A program made the translations under genes and the position numbers. Below, in pieces: positions 1 to 13,859 of a DNA stretch of 64,000 nucleotides. The notes beneath the pieces are model-generated. The model saw nothing but the letters and a program-made list of their open reading frames with translations, was not told the DNA's origin and searched no databases. This DNA is from the human T2T-CHM13v2.0 reference genome, Homo sapiens. The stretch lies in the NCBI RefSeq assembly GCF_009914755.1, contig NC_060941.1. One strand, given 5' to 3'. Positions within the stretch are counted from its first letter, which is position 1; every line of letters begins with the position of its first letter.

Positions 1-95
1 CAGAGGCCCTCAGAATTTCCAAAGTGTTGGAAGTGGAAGAAGGCAGGTTTGAAGTTTTAGGTTGGGTTATTAGCAAACCAGATCCCCATTTCTTG

Positions 96-481
<386 letters not shown>

Positions 482-774
482 TTATCCTCAAACTTCACAG
501 TAAGCCCACAGCAGCCCTGCCCAGGGAGAGGGCCTGTCAGCCGGGTACCCTGTGTCCAGGGTTTCATTGAAGAACTGTCTACAATCACCATAGCACCTGG
601 CCTTAAATAATGGATTTGGAGACGGCTTCTGGGTGGGATGCATATTACAGGGGTACCCCTTTTAAAAATTAGGAATTACTCCTATGAAGTGAGGTATGTT
701 AGAAACTGTTGTTAAGAAAAAGTTACCTCAAACATTCACAGCACTAAACGAATAGAACAAGGTCAGAAAGCGAG

Positions 775-3062
775 GTTTTCTTATTTTTACTGGTTTATAA
801 TAATCTTAAAAACCCCATCACACCCATAAACCACCACAGGTGAGGTGAGAGAGATGGAGAATGAATGCTACAGTATGTGGATAGAATGGGGAATCCAGGT
901 ATTCCCTAGGGTAGTGTAGGATGGAGACAGGGAGTGTGGAGAGGAGGCCCTGGCTTGGACCCTTATTGCTGGCTGGGGGTTGGCTGGCAGAGGGGAGAGG
1001 GACTCAGGCTGAACTCCGAAAGAAGGAACATCTCACACCAAAGGCGAGGGCAGTTGGGGGCAGGGGGATCACAGTACATTTTCCATGCAGACTAAGGGTG
1101 GGAGTGAGAGCTTCAGAGGCTTGCACCCCTACACAGGAAGAGATGGGTTTGAGGTTGTTTGACTTAAAGCCCCCAAGTTGGTGTCTGGTCCAGTTTCCTA
1201 AAATAGCAGCTCACCTTTCAGGGAGAGGTATTGGGGAGGAAAAAAAAATACAGCAAGAATATCTGCTTTGGAGATCAAGCAAGGGGTAGGGGGAAGACAG
1301 TGGTGCTCTTTAAATCTGACTCAGAAAAGCAGGAACTGGAAGAGGGCCCTGGGTGAGATGGCGGCCAACACCTTCGGAGAAGGCATTGAGTCAGAAGCTA
1401 CAGGTGCTCCTGGGGGATCAGGACAGGGAGGTACCAGTGTTCACAGACGGCAGGAAAACAATTGGGAACAATAAATTAGGACTTCATGTTGCTATCATTT
1501 GGCATAACACAATCAGGCTTTTTTTTTTTTCTTTTTCCTTTTAAATATAAGGCAACTTGCCAACACATAACTTAAAACTGGTCTTCAGTCACATTGCTTC
1601 AGATCACTAGAGAATTTCTGGCTAACGAACAGTAGTGGATAGTGAACAAAATGCAAAACCTTAAATAAGAACCATCAGCTGACATTCCCCAGAGACAAGA
1701 GGAAAGGTAAGGGCTTATTTCATCTGTAAAAAATAAAAAAGCCCAATTCTGCATCTTTAACAGAATGGTGCAAAAATTTGTAACAAAACAGTCTAAGTTT
1801 AAAATTACAGAAAAGTGTTTCTAGCCAACTAATTGTCGCTTGGGATGAGACGTGCTGAGCATGGAGTGGATGAAGGTATGCTCTAAGAATGGACAGAGGG
1901 CAGGAGGGGCTTGTTTCCAATGTAGGCCCAGCTCCAGGTGTTAGAACCATGCTCATTTGGTAAAGGAAGTACTCAAAGAGCTTAAGGCTTTGTGTTTGTT
2001 TTTTTTTCCTTCATTAAACTGAGGGGCTGCACTAGAGGGTGAATGTACCTGTGGGGCCACTCACACACAATGCTACTCAAACCCACACTACATTCATACA
2101 GAAACGTAACGTTTAAAACTTACAGTGTAGAGCAATATTCTTAGCCAGTGTAGAGAGAACCAAATGCATTTTTTTTTTTTTTGGTGTTTTTAATCCCAAA
2201 CTCCAATGTGATCATTCCTTACCTACCTAATTCCTCAAGTAAGGTAGATTTTGTTTTTGTTGAGGGGGAAAGGATAGGGGCTGTGGGGAGGTGAGTTAGG
2301 GGACAGGCAACAGTGAGAAAGGGATCTTGGGTATGCTCAAAGGTCACTGTATTTTTCTAGGTTTGGAAAGGGGAGTCTGGAACCAAGATGCCAATACAAA
2401 GACTTTTTCCCCCCATATCTCAAGAAATGGTCAAATACTTCCAAGATGCCCTTGAGATCAAGTGTGGCAAGGGCAAGTGCAGTGGCTGTGGGATCAATAT
2501 AGACACAAAACAAAGCCTTGAGGAATGGAAAGGAACTTGAAGGATATGAAGACTGGGTCAGCTTTGATTTGAGATCCTTCGATGAGTAAGTAATTAGCTT
2601 TCAGAGCACCTGGGAAATCTTGCTTCTTAGTCCTGGAGGGAGGGGAAGGGGGGTAGCAACAGGTAGAGGTCTGGATTAGGGGCCTGAGCACCTATACTAC
2701 CTCAACTAGGGCATTCCGTCAGCCCACACCTCAGTCGTCCTAAGGGAAACAGGAAGAGATTCAAGAAAAGATGGGTGGGAGCTGGCTGGAAATGGCCAAG
2801 GTGGAGAGACTAGCTGACAGGCAGTCAGTGGAGAGAAAAGCCTGGGCTTAGGGTTAGGTTCTAACATAAAACCAAAAGTTGCTGGAGGGGAGGACGAGAG
2901 GACCCCTTCTGTCCCCACTTAGATCCCACCAAATTCCCTTTCTTAGACATCTAAGAATGATCACACTGGAGCAGTGAAACTTTGAAACTATCCAGTTACT
3001 TAAAAGACTAAACCTAGGAGGGTGATGTATGATGTGTTGCACGTGGAGGGCAGCAGGGCTAC
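775..3062 (-). other. FAM222B: FAM222B 3' UTR (~2.3 kb; 3' end approximate)
   Basis: Repeat-free sequence after the TAG. Variant polyA hexamers at 786-799 with a GU/U-rich element downstream on the minus strand. Confidence 0.75.
786..799 (-). terminator. Likely polyadenylation signal region (variant hexamers TATAAA 799-794, AGTAAA 791-786)
   Basis: Minus strand reads ttatTATAAAccAGTAAAaataagaaaacc...ttctgaccttgttctattcgtttagtgctgtgaatgtttg. No AATAAA seen in the UTR. Confidence 0.55.
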
Positions 3063-4669
3063 CTATCTATACCCTGGGTGCTGAATATGAAGACTTCGAC
3101 TCTCTGTGGGATCGGGGGCTCGGTTGCCAGGGGCTCGGTGGGCCTTGCTCAGCATGGCCAGGCTCTGTTCTCGGAAGCAGGCCTGTTGGAAATCCCCACT
3201 TAGGTAATCCACTGTTTGCATCAAGCTGTTCTGGCTTGCCACTGGACCGCCCCCGGTCCCTGCTCGGTAGTGGGCCCCGGGAGCTGCCGCACAGTCGAGG
3301 GGTGCACCTGTGGGCTGCCCACCGTGGAACGGCATGGCGAGGTCCTGAGACCCCGAGCTGTCGCTATTGGGAGTGGGCAGAATGTTGTTCCACAGGGGTT
3401 GGAAGTAGTGACCATTGGGGTAGGCCAATGGGGCTGCCATGCCGTTGACTGGTGGGGATGGGGTCGGCTTTTCCAGGGGTGGCTTCAGATGGAAGGACTG
3501 CGCCAGGCAGAGTTCCTGCGGGTAGGCAGGGGCCTTGCCCACAAAGCCAGGCCCTGCCAACTCGCGTCCTGCCGCATGCTTGCCTGTCAGGCCAGGGGCT
3601 GGCGTCCCACTAGCCTCGCTGCACATCTGCTGTAGGTGGGCCAGCTGGTGCTGGTTCCAGGTGACTGGCTTGAGGTCGCTAGGGTAGCCAGTGGGGACGC
3701 GAGAGATGCCTGTGGGCAGGTTGACAGGACCTGCAGCAGGCAACGCGGCGGTGGCCGCGTGGGTGTGCTCCATGGGATTGACCACACATGAAGGCATTGG
3801 TGTGGGGACGCTGTGGGTCGACACCCGGGTGCTTGCATTGATGAGCAGACTGCGACTAATGGGGCTGGGGTTGGCGATCTGGCCCTCACACACTGAGGTA
3901 GTGCTGATGCCTGCCCTCGTCTGGCAAAACTGGTTGATCTGGTGCACGATGCTACTCAGGTCCGGAGGCTGGCTGTGCTGCAGAGTGGCCGCCATTGAAA
4001 GGGGGATAGTTGAGGTAGACACGGTCACATTCGGGGGGGCATCTGAGTCTGGCATCTTCCGGCCTCCATGCAGCAAGGGATTGTGGGGGTGCTGGAGACC
4101 CTGGTGAGCCAGGGCCTGAGGGTGGACCAAGCCCTGGGTTTGGGCCATGGGCTGAGGGTGGCCCAGGCCCTGAGGCTGCTGGAGGCTCTGAGGGTGGGAC
4201 AGTGCCTGGGGTGGCGGGATACCCTGAGGGTGCTGCAGCGTCTGGGGAGGGGCATGGGCCAGGGTCTGTGCATGCTGCAGGGCCTGCTGGCGGGCCAGAG
4301 CCTGGGCCTGGGGGTGGGCTAAAGTGCTGGGTGCCACAGTAGCATAGGGTGCCACTGGGGGGTTCATGATGGCCTCAGGGAGCAACCGGGCTCGGGTGCC
4401 GTCAAAGTCCTTGAGTATGCTTTTGGCTGGCACTTTGACAATGGCAAGCAGGCCTGCCTTGGTGGCAGCCTGTGTCGGGTAGGGGCTGTAGCGCTGGGCT
4501 GATGTGTCGAGGCCGTTCACAGTACGACGAACGTGTTTCCGCTGGGGAACCTTCACACTGTTGGGGAAGATTTTTATAGTCAGTGGGTTGTTTGCGACCT
4601 TCTTAGCATACGCATCCAATTCGGCTGGGGTAGGATAGTGAGCAGTTCTCATTTTCTGTGTAGTGTCCC
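3063..4669 (-). CDS. FAM222B: FAM222B last (major) coding exon, aa 28-562 plus stop
   Basis: Open frame DTTQKMRTAHYPTPAELDAYAKKVANNPLTIKIFP...SLHIQHPGYR-TAG recognised as FAM222B. Acceptor ...cattctctctctctag|GG GAC at 4670/4669. 1607 nt + 82 nt from the upstream exon = 1689 nt = 562 aa + stop. Confidence 0.97.
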
Positions 4670-4844
4670 CTAGAGAGAGAGAATGGGAAGGAGAGCAAAG
4701 AGGGAGAGGGAGCTCATCAGTGCCAAGGCAAACAGCCCTTCCAGATTCCCCTTTTGAGGGCCTGGGGTGGGGTGGGGAAATGACTAGATTGTCATCTGTA
4801 GCCTTCATTCGAGACCCAGCTTCAGTCTTCACATTAACAAGCAC

Positions 4845-5035
4845 TGCTAATGTTCAGTAAGTGCTTATAGTGGGCCAGGCCTTCTGCCAGATGACAGGCC
4901 ATCTCAATGAATCCTCACTATTGCTGTAGAAGCAGGCACTATCATCATTTACATTTTATAAATGAGGTAAGTAGAGATCAGAACAGCAAAGCATCTTTCA
5001 AAGTCTCATATCTTGCAGAACCAGAATTTGGCCAA
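4845..5035. mobile_element. MIR
   Basis: gtgcttatagtgggccaggc...aatcctcac...cattttataaatgagg core. Confidence 0.65.
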
Positions 5036-5085
5036 TTCTCAGAGAGGTAACCGAGAGTTCTCCCCCTACACAGAAATTCAGGGTC

Positions 5086-5395
5086 GCTGGGCACGGTGGC
5101 TCACACTTGTAAATCCCAGCATTTTGGGAGGCCAAGGTGGGTGGATCATCTGAGGTCAGGAGTTCAAGACCAGCCTGGGCAACATGGCGAAACCCCGTCT
5201 CTACTAAAAATACAAAAAGTTAGCCAGGCGTGATGGCAAGCACCTGTAATCCCAGCTACTTGGGAGGCTGAGGCAGGAGGATTAATTGCTTGAACCCAGG
5301 AGGCGGAGGTTGCAGTGAGCCGACATCGCACCACTGCACTCCAACCTGGGCGACAGAGCAAGACTCTGTCTCAGAAAAAGAAAAAAAAAAAAAGA
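5086..5395 (+). mobile_element. AluS
   Basis: Full dimer with A tail and TSD agaaat(t/g)cagggtc. Confidence 0.9.
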
Positions 5396-7139
5396 GAGAA
5401 ATGCAGGGTCTGGAACTCTACCAGCCCATGTGGCTTGGGGGTAGGTTCTAAGCAAAGCTCCTTGTCAGGGCCATGGTGGCCCTTCAGTCTAGAGGGTACC
5501 CAGAGCTACGACTCTTCAGTCTGCAGGGACCAATGAGGGATCAGCTTTCCCTTGCATCTTGGCAGCTGGGGGGCTTTGCCCACTGGGTGGGCACCCTGAA
5601 CAGTAGACAGAATGCTTCCTTTCAGGAGCAGAGGAATAAGCTGCCAACATCTCTCCCCTTCCCCATGTCACAAGTTCACTTTTGTTTACAGTTTACTCTA
5701 TGCCTGACTGGATGAGGATCAAAGGCTTTATTTATTTGCTTGAGAAGGAAGATAATAATGACAGGGCAGCAGGGAGGGAATTGAGAAGAAAGGATTCAGA
5801 GCATCTTTCAGTCCTTTCAGTCCTGAGAGCCAAAAATAGTCTGTATTTGGTCCATGTCAGCTGTCATTTTCCAAAAAGAAAGAGGAAAAACCTGCCTGCC
5901 TTTGGAGACTGCGGAAATGCCCACTCGGTGTGCCTCATTAATGTTAACAGTCTCTTTGTTCCCATCTCCTGTTGCCTCCCATCAGGGGGCTCAGCGGATG
6001 TCCGGCTTCCAGTCAAAAAGGAAAAGGTTCTGAGAACAAGGGCTCTTTAAGGATGCCAACCTCCTGCAAGGGGGCTCTGCTCTACTCTCTCGTCTCTGAG
6101 GGAGGGTCTCCCCTGAGTATACACAAAAGGTGCCTAATAAATGCTTGCTGAATGAGTACACAGACTGCCCAAAGCAGAAGTGGCTTGGCAGGAAGCCCAG
6201 GCTCAGCTAGCTGACTCTCTCCTTACTTCCTCCTCTTGCAAAAGGCAGGAGGATAGGCCAACGACTAATCTGACTGAATGCCCAGCTTGTGGCCTCAGGT
6301 GGCCTTGGCCCAAAGGAGACTCTATTCAAAGTCACATCACTGGGCATCACCTAGAACAAAGGTAGGCTAATGAGCATATTAGAAGGAAAATGGGTACAGC
6401 TATCTTTGTTTGGTGATAATGCTGGTTAGCAACTCCTGCTCTGGGAAGCAGGAAAAGAAAGCTCAAGTCAGGAGGGGCAGAGAGATTTGGGCCCATGCTC
6501 ACAAGCAGATCTGGGCAAAAAGAGCCAGGCATCCCCACCTCCCAAAACAGGTCTGTGCTTTCAAATACTGGCAAAAAAGTCTGGGATCACTGATTGAGAG
6601 CAAGTCCCTAAACTCAAGACATCAGAATTCCAACAGAAGCTGCCTTGGTCAACCACTGTACCTATGTGTCTTATTGGTCATAATCTCATATAATACTCCT
6701 AGCACAGTGCTTTAAACCTAGCCCACCTCCATGCTGGTGGGCTTCTCTCCTTGAAATCCAAGTAGAAGTCGTATAGTACCTTGATGAGTAGAAGAGTCCC
6801 TTTGTTCCAAGTTAGTACCAACTCTGAGGTTTTTTTTAGCAGAGGCAAGGGGGAAGCTTGACCTCATTCAGGAGTATGGAAGGGGACACTTATCCACATT
6901 GATTAGTTTTCTTTGTCCTGCCTCCACTGATGCTGAAATGGTGAAGAGGGCTGTCAAAGGATTCAGAAATAAAGTGAAATGAGGGTAGGGAGGGTGGCCA
7001 CAAGGCTACAGTAGCTTTGTTAAGGAAGAACCCCAAAGATGAGTACAGTATATTGAACAAAAAAGGGGTATCATTCTGGGAATACAGCACCATCTACCTC
7101 ACATACCAGACTTAAGCCTAACTCTTAAAAAAAGTTTTC

Positions 7140-7746
<607 letters not shown>

Positions 7747-8564
7747 GTTTTCTCAACACTTATCACAGCCCCCACACAGGCACCCTGACTACTTATTTTC
7801 TTCTGTAATGTATTTCTGTAACTACACAGCCAACACAGATACCACAGCTTTGTAAGCGACTTACTTAAATAGCTTATACCAATAGTGTCATTAATAGAGA
7901 CATAGACAATGTAGGGAATAGGAAATCTGTAGTTTGTAAAGGGTTAGAGAAACCTGTATTCAAGTACTAGCTTCATCATTTGCCCATACTGAGAGCCTGT
8001 CATTCCTCAATTATCAACAGGGATGAATTCTGCTCTCCTACTTCACAGAATTACTAAGATCGAGAGTCAATGAACATTTTCACTAAATGAGCATTTTCAT
8101 TGAAAATGAAACAATGATGGTCAATAGTTACCATTCAAGGATAGCAGATGTGGCTGAGTCTGACCACAGACAACACAAAGAAAACTGACTAAGGAAGCCC
8201 CAACTGCAGGACAACCTGGCCTTCAGCCTGAGAGTTAAATGTAACAGAAAGCACTGCTGTCTATTCCAGGATGGACTGGAGGCAATTTTCTGCCTGAAAT
8301 TCAGTCCTCCCAATGGAGACCTCTCTGTTCATCCTTCTGTTTTGAAGGTCAGAGGGCACAGGTGGCATAGGCAACAGGAACCTCTATCTGTAGGCAGAGA
8401 GGCACAGGCAATGTGTTCAAACACAGATTTCAGAGTCTGAGCTGAGTATGGGCCAGTCACAGGACTGTCATGTGGCACTGGCAAGTGACAAACCCTCTCT
8501 CTATACCTTATCCTTGTGACAAAGGCAAGAGAGTCTTCCATATGGAATTTTTGAGGAATGGGTG

Positions 8565-8640
8565 ACAACATATGTGAAAATATTCAATATAGTGCCTGGC
8601 ACATGGTAGCAACTTGACAAATGTTAGCTATTATTTCTAT
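8565..8640. mobile_element. MIR fragment
   Basis: atgtgaaa...agtgcctggcacatggtag...aaatgttagctattatt. Confidence 0.65.
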
Positions 8641-8910
8641 GACTTTATCCAGTCATTGGGTCAATCTGCCATTTCCAGACCCCTCCACTAGGGGGCAGAT
8701 ATGCACATAAAGAAGCAGTAAAAGAAGGTAATTTTGGCATTTGTCCCCAGAGCCCCAGTGTTCTGCCATGGAAGGAAATCAAAGTTGTTATCTGAAGATG
8801 GTTTAAGGACCAAGGACCTTTTATCAGCTATTCAAACAGTAAATATTTACAGAGCCACTACTATATTGTGATCCTGAGAAGGGGAAATACAGAGCAGAGG
8901 TTTAGGATTA

Positions 8911-9575
<665 letters not shown>

Positions 9576-10057
9576 AGTGAACACCAAGATAAAGCTGCCA
9601 ATTTGCCCGTCCTCCAAATGGCTTTTCCCTTGATATCACATCTTTGGGTAAAGCTGTCAGAGTGTGTTAAGGAACCCAGAACAAAGGAAGCTTCTCTTTG
9701 TCATCTTACTGCATGCCTCTAAGTACGTTCCCTCTCCAGTTGTGTCCCCAGAAGCCCAGAAATAGGCACGATGCAGTTAGGATGCTGATTTGGATGACCA
9801 GAGAGTATAACATAACACCTTCATCACCCAATCATCACTTATTAAGATAAAGGATGGGTTGAGAAAGCTATAGCAGAGCTTGCCTTATTGTGTCAGGCAA
9901 CTGTAGAAGGAGGACTACCACCTTCAGCTGTTATTACATAGAGCTGGATTCACTGGCCAAATTCCAGAACTAGCCAGGCTCTGAGTCTTACGCTCTCTCA
10001 AAGAAATGAAGTCTAAAGGCTGGACCATTTTTAACTTCTGATGATGTTCTCACATGG

Positions 10058-10270
10058 CAGGGGCTGGCAAACGACAGCCTGCGTGCCTGGTCCAGTTGCT
10101 ATTTTTTTGTAAAAAAGTTTCACTGGAACACAGACACCCTCATTTGTTTATTGTCTGTGGCTGCCGTTGCCCTACAATGCCAGAGTTGAGTAGATGCAAC
10201 AGAGACCACATGGCCCACAAAGCTTAAATTATTGGCTATCTGGGCTTTACAGAAAGTTTGTTAACCCCTG
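10058..10270 (+). mobile_element. MER58A (hAT-Charlie MITE)
   Basis: TIRs caggggctggcaaac / gtttgttaacccctg; internal gtttcactggaacacag...tggcccacaaagc; degenerate 8-bp TSD tcacatgg/tcataagg. Confidence 0.85.
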
Positions 10271-10968
10271 TCATAAGGGGTTCAGTTAAGGTGCTGAAGC
10301 ACCTTTCCTATCAAAGGGAAGCCTAGCCACCTCAATGATTTCCCCTTTGTGCTCTGAATGGAAGGTCTATTCCAAATTTAGGGCTGTTTTTACACCTGAA
10401 GATACTATACATGGTAATGTGCCAAGAATAGAATATTTTCCTTGCAGATCATGTATTACAGGGAGAGAAGGTAGGAAGGAGTCCGGGAAAATATGAAGTA
10501 TAAAACCCCAATTCCAGAAAGTTAAGACAAGAATCTAACAGTTTTCAAAGGCTCAATCTTCTGGGAAGTGTATTAGCAGGAAAATGCCCAGAGAGACTGA
10601 GAAAGCTAGCTCTCCATCTCTTCTGAGGGCAAAAGCTCCCTGACTTCCTGTGAACTAAAGTCACACTGACTCAGAAGGCAGGTAGCAAAGCCAAAGGGAA
10701 CTGTCTGTTTCCATGGTAGACTACTAAGAGAGTTCAAAACAAGAGAACAGCATAGTTTATTTCAGAGATATAGTAAGTAATCTGGACTGTGAGTTTTCAT
10801 TCAATTCCCTATGAAGGTTCAAACTGAAACACCTTTTTTAAGGGTGATATATATATATATATATTTCCCCTGAAGCTCTTTATAGTTTTGTTGTTCAACA
10901 GAAAGCTATCAGCAACAATTAAAATTGAGATACAATGGGGAATTACAGAATTTAAGCAGACCCCTAAT

Positions 10969-11270
10969 GGCTGGACACAGTGGCTCACACCTGTAATCCC
11001 AGCACTTTGGGAGGCCAAGTTAGGGGCATCACCTGAGATCAGGAGTTTGAGACCAGCCTGGCCAACATGGTGAAACCCTATCTCTACTAAAAATAGAAAA
11101 TTAGCCAGGCATGGTGGTGGGCACCTGTAATCCCAGCTACTCGGGAGGCTGAAGCAAGAGAATTGCTTAACCCGGGAGGGAGAGGTTGCAGTGAGCCAAT
11201 CAAGATCGCGTCATTGCACTCCAGCCTGGGTGACAAGAGCAAGACTTCGTCTTAAAAAAAAAAAAAAAAG
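10969..11270 (+). mobile_element. AluS just downstream of the start-codon exon
   Basis: Full dimer with A tail. Confidence 0.9.
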
Positions 11271-11381
11271 AAAGGTGTCAAAATTCAAGGTCAGTGTACC
11301 CCAGATGTGCTTCAAGGACAGCCCAAATGTAGAGACAAAAACAAAGAATCACACATGCTCCATAGGATCCAGATTACTTAC

Positions 11382-11463
11382 ATTTCTGAAGTCCAGTGTT
11401 CATCTGCGTGTGAGAAAGAAGCTGAAAGGACAGGTCACCTGGCCCTGGTAGACAGGCTAGCAT
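11382..11463 (-). CDS. FAM222B: FAM222B first coding segment (MLACLPGPGDLSFQLLSHTQMNTGLQK + first base of Trp28)
   Basis: gccATGc start at 11463; phase-1 donor AAT|gtaagt at 11382/11381. T + GG from the next exon gives TGG, keeping frame with 4669. Confidence 0.95.
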
Positions 11464-11503
11464 GGCAGATTGGCATCAACACAACATGGGGCAGTGGCTC
11501 ACA
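11382..11503 (-). other. FAM222B: FAM222B 122-nt start-codon exon (40 nt 5'UTR + 82 nt CDS)
   Basis: Acceptor ttgtttttgttcattacag| at 11504/11503; donor gtaagt at 11381. Confidence 0.9.
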
Positions 11504-11950
11504 CTGTAATGAACAAAAACAAGGTCATGAAACACAAGGCAACTCATTCGAAGAAGAGAGTAGGAACACTGGATATGACTGGCGTGAGGCCCAAGTTTAG
11601 ACACATAAAGCAATTTAATTAGCAGTGTGTTGGTTGAAAGTATACTTACATCTTTATCTGTGACGACAATTTGCTGTCAAATATCACTATGGTTAAAATG
11701 ATTTTTCAGTTACCACAGATGTATGGATGGGAGAAATAAAACTGGAAAGCACCTATTCATACAACTGGAAAGTACAGGTGCATTTATAATGTCTCAGTAT
11801 TCCTGAGGAGAGTGGGCCCTCATAGGGCCTGGCTCAGCCAGCCCATTTATAGGCCTGGTTTGGAGACCAGCCAGACATTTTCAGAAGCAGCACATTATAT
11901 GATTGCAAAGGTACCCAATGTCTGACTTGTGAGCCAGTAATATGAACCCA

Positions 11951-12629
<679 letters not shown>

Positions 12630-13859
12630 TAAAGCAAATTCTGTTTGCAAATTTCTGGGGCTTCACCCTTCCTGACATGCAATTAGACCTCCTGAACTAC
12701 CTCTCCCACCCCCTCAAAAGAAATGCATTGCTCCCAGACTAAAGCAAGGAGAAAGGCTGCCAGCAGCTCTCTTCGTGCAGGCAATCCTGACATGTCAAGA
12801 CCGCACGAGTTTCATTAGTGATGTTTACCAACCAGACATACACAGCCCAAGCAAGCAGACATTGATGGGGCCTTCTGTAGCGAAAGAAGCCCTGTCAACA
12901 ATGCAAGCTCCTTAGGTAACAGAAATACGATTTTCCTAAATAAGTACACGAACTTCTTTTCCCATATTTCAGAAACCAAGGTGGCAAATTATGGCTTTAG
13001 ATCACAGCAAAAAAGGAGTGGGGGAAAAGCTCAAAAGTTAAAGACGACAAAAATCTCCTTATTTTCTTGAGAGGGCTCTCTCAGGTATATTAAACTACCT
13101 TGTCATGATGAGTATCAGAGGGCTCCTGCTTCCAAGACCAGGTAGCTGAAAAGACACTTTGTAAAAGAGGCTGCTCAAACTGTGTCTAAGATAGCAACTG
13201 CAGAAAGAACTGAAGATTGAATGCCTTAATGAGAACAGAGCTGTCCAAGAGTTCTGGCACAGCGTCAGTCTTTTTAAGATCTCTGGTGGGTGGGAAAACA
13301 GAATGAACACAGTGAGCCAACTTCAGTGCCTCAAGAAAAAAAAAAAGTCTTGGCCGGGCACGGTGGCTCACACCTGTAATCCCAGCACTTTGGGAGGCCG
13401 AGGCGGGCAGATTACCTGAGGTCAGGAGTTCGAGAACAGCGTGGCCAACGTGGTGAAACCCTGTCTCTACTAAAAATACAAAATTAGCTGGGCATGGTGG
13501 CGCATGCCTGTAGTCCCAGCTACTCAGGAGGCTGAGGCAGGAGAACTGCTTGAACCCAGAAGGCAGAGGTTGCAGTGAGCAGAGGCTGCGCCACTGCACT
13601 CCAGCCCGGGCCACAAGAGTAAAACTCTGTCTCAAAAAAAAAAAAAAAAAAAAAAAAGAGAGACTTCTGTTGGGGTCTGGATGCTGATCTTTACATAATA
13701 ACTTCTCCCTTAAGACCCTAACACAGCTGAAGGCAAACTCCAAGGAAAGGAAGAGAATTAACAAGTACTGGGAGCTAAAACTGTGAAATGGGCTGTATGA
13801 GGGGCTTTAGTGATGTTTTCTTAATTGAGTCTCTCAAGCCTTGGAAACAGGTAACAAAC

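Noticed and set aside
3029-4322. Plus-strand and alternate-frame ORFs overlapping the CDS
   Set aside because: GC-rich shadows of the coding exon with no recognisable homology.
3063-4844. 593-aa single-exon ORF as the true protein
   Set aside because: It begins at a GTG in intronic sequence at a MIR edge. A canonical acceptor at 4670 and an in-phase upstream exon give the recognised 562-aa product.
11644-11745. Donor-like GAT|gtaagt 140 nt upstream of the coding exon
   Set aside because: Only weak acceptors (ctttccag) upstream; isolated donor matches are common.
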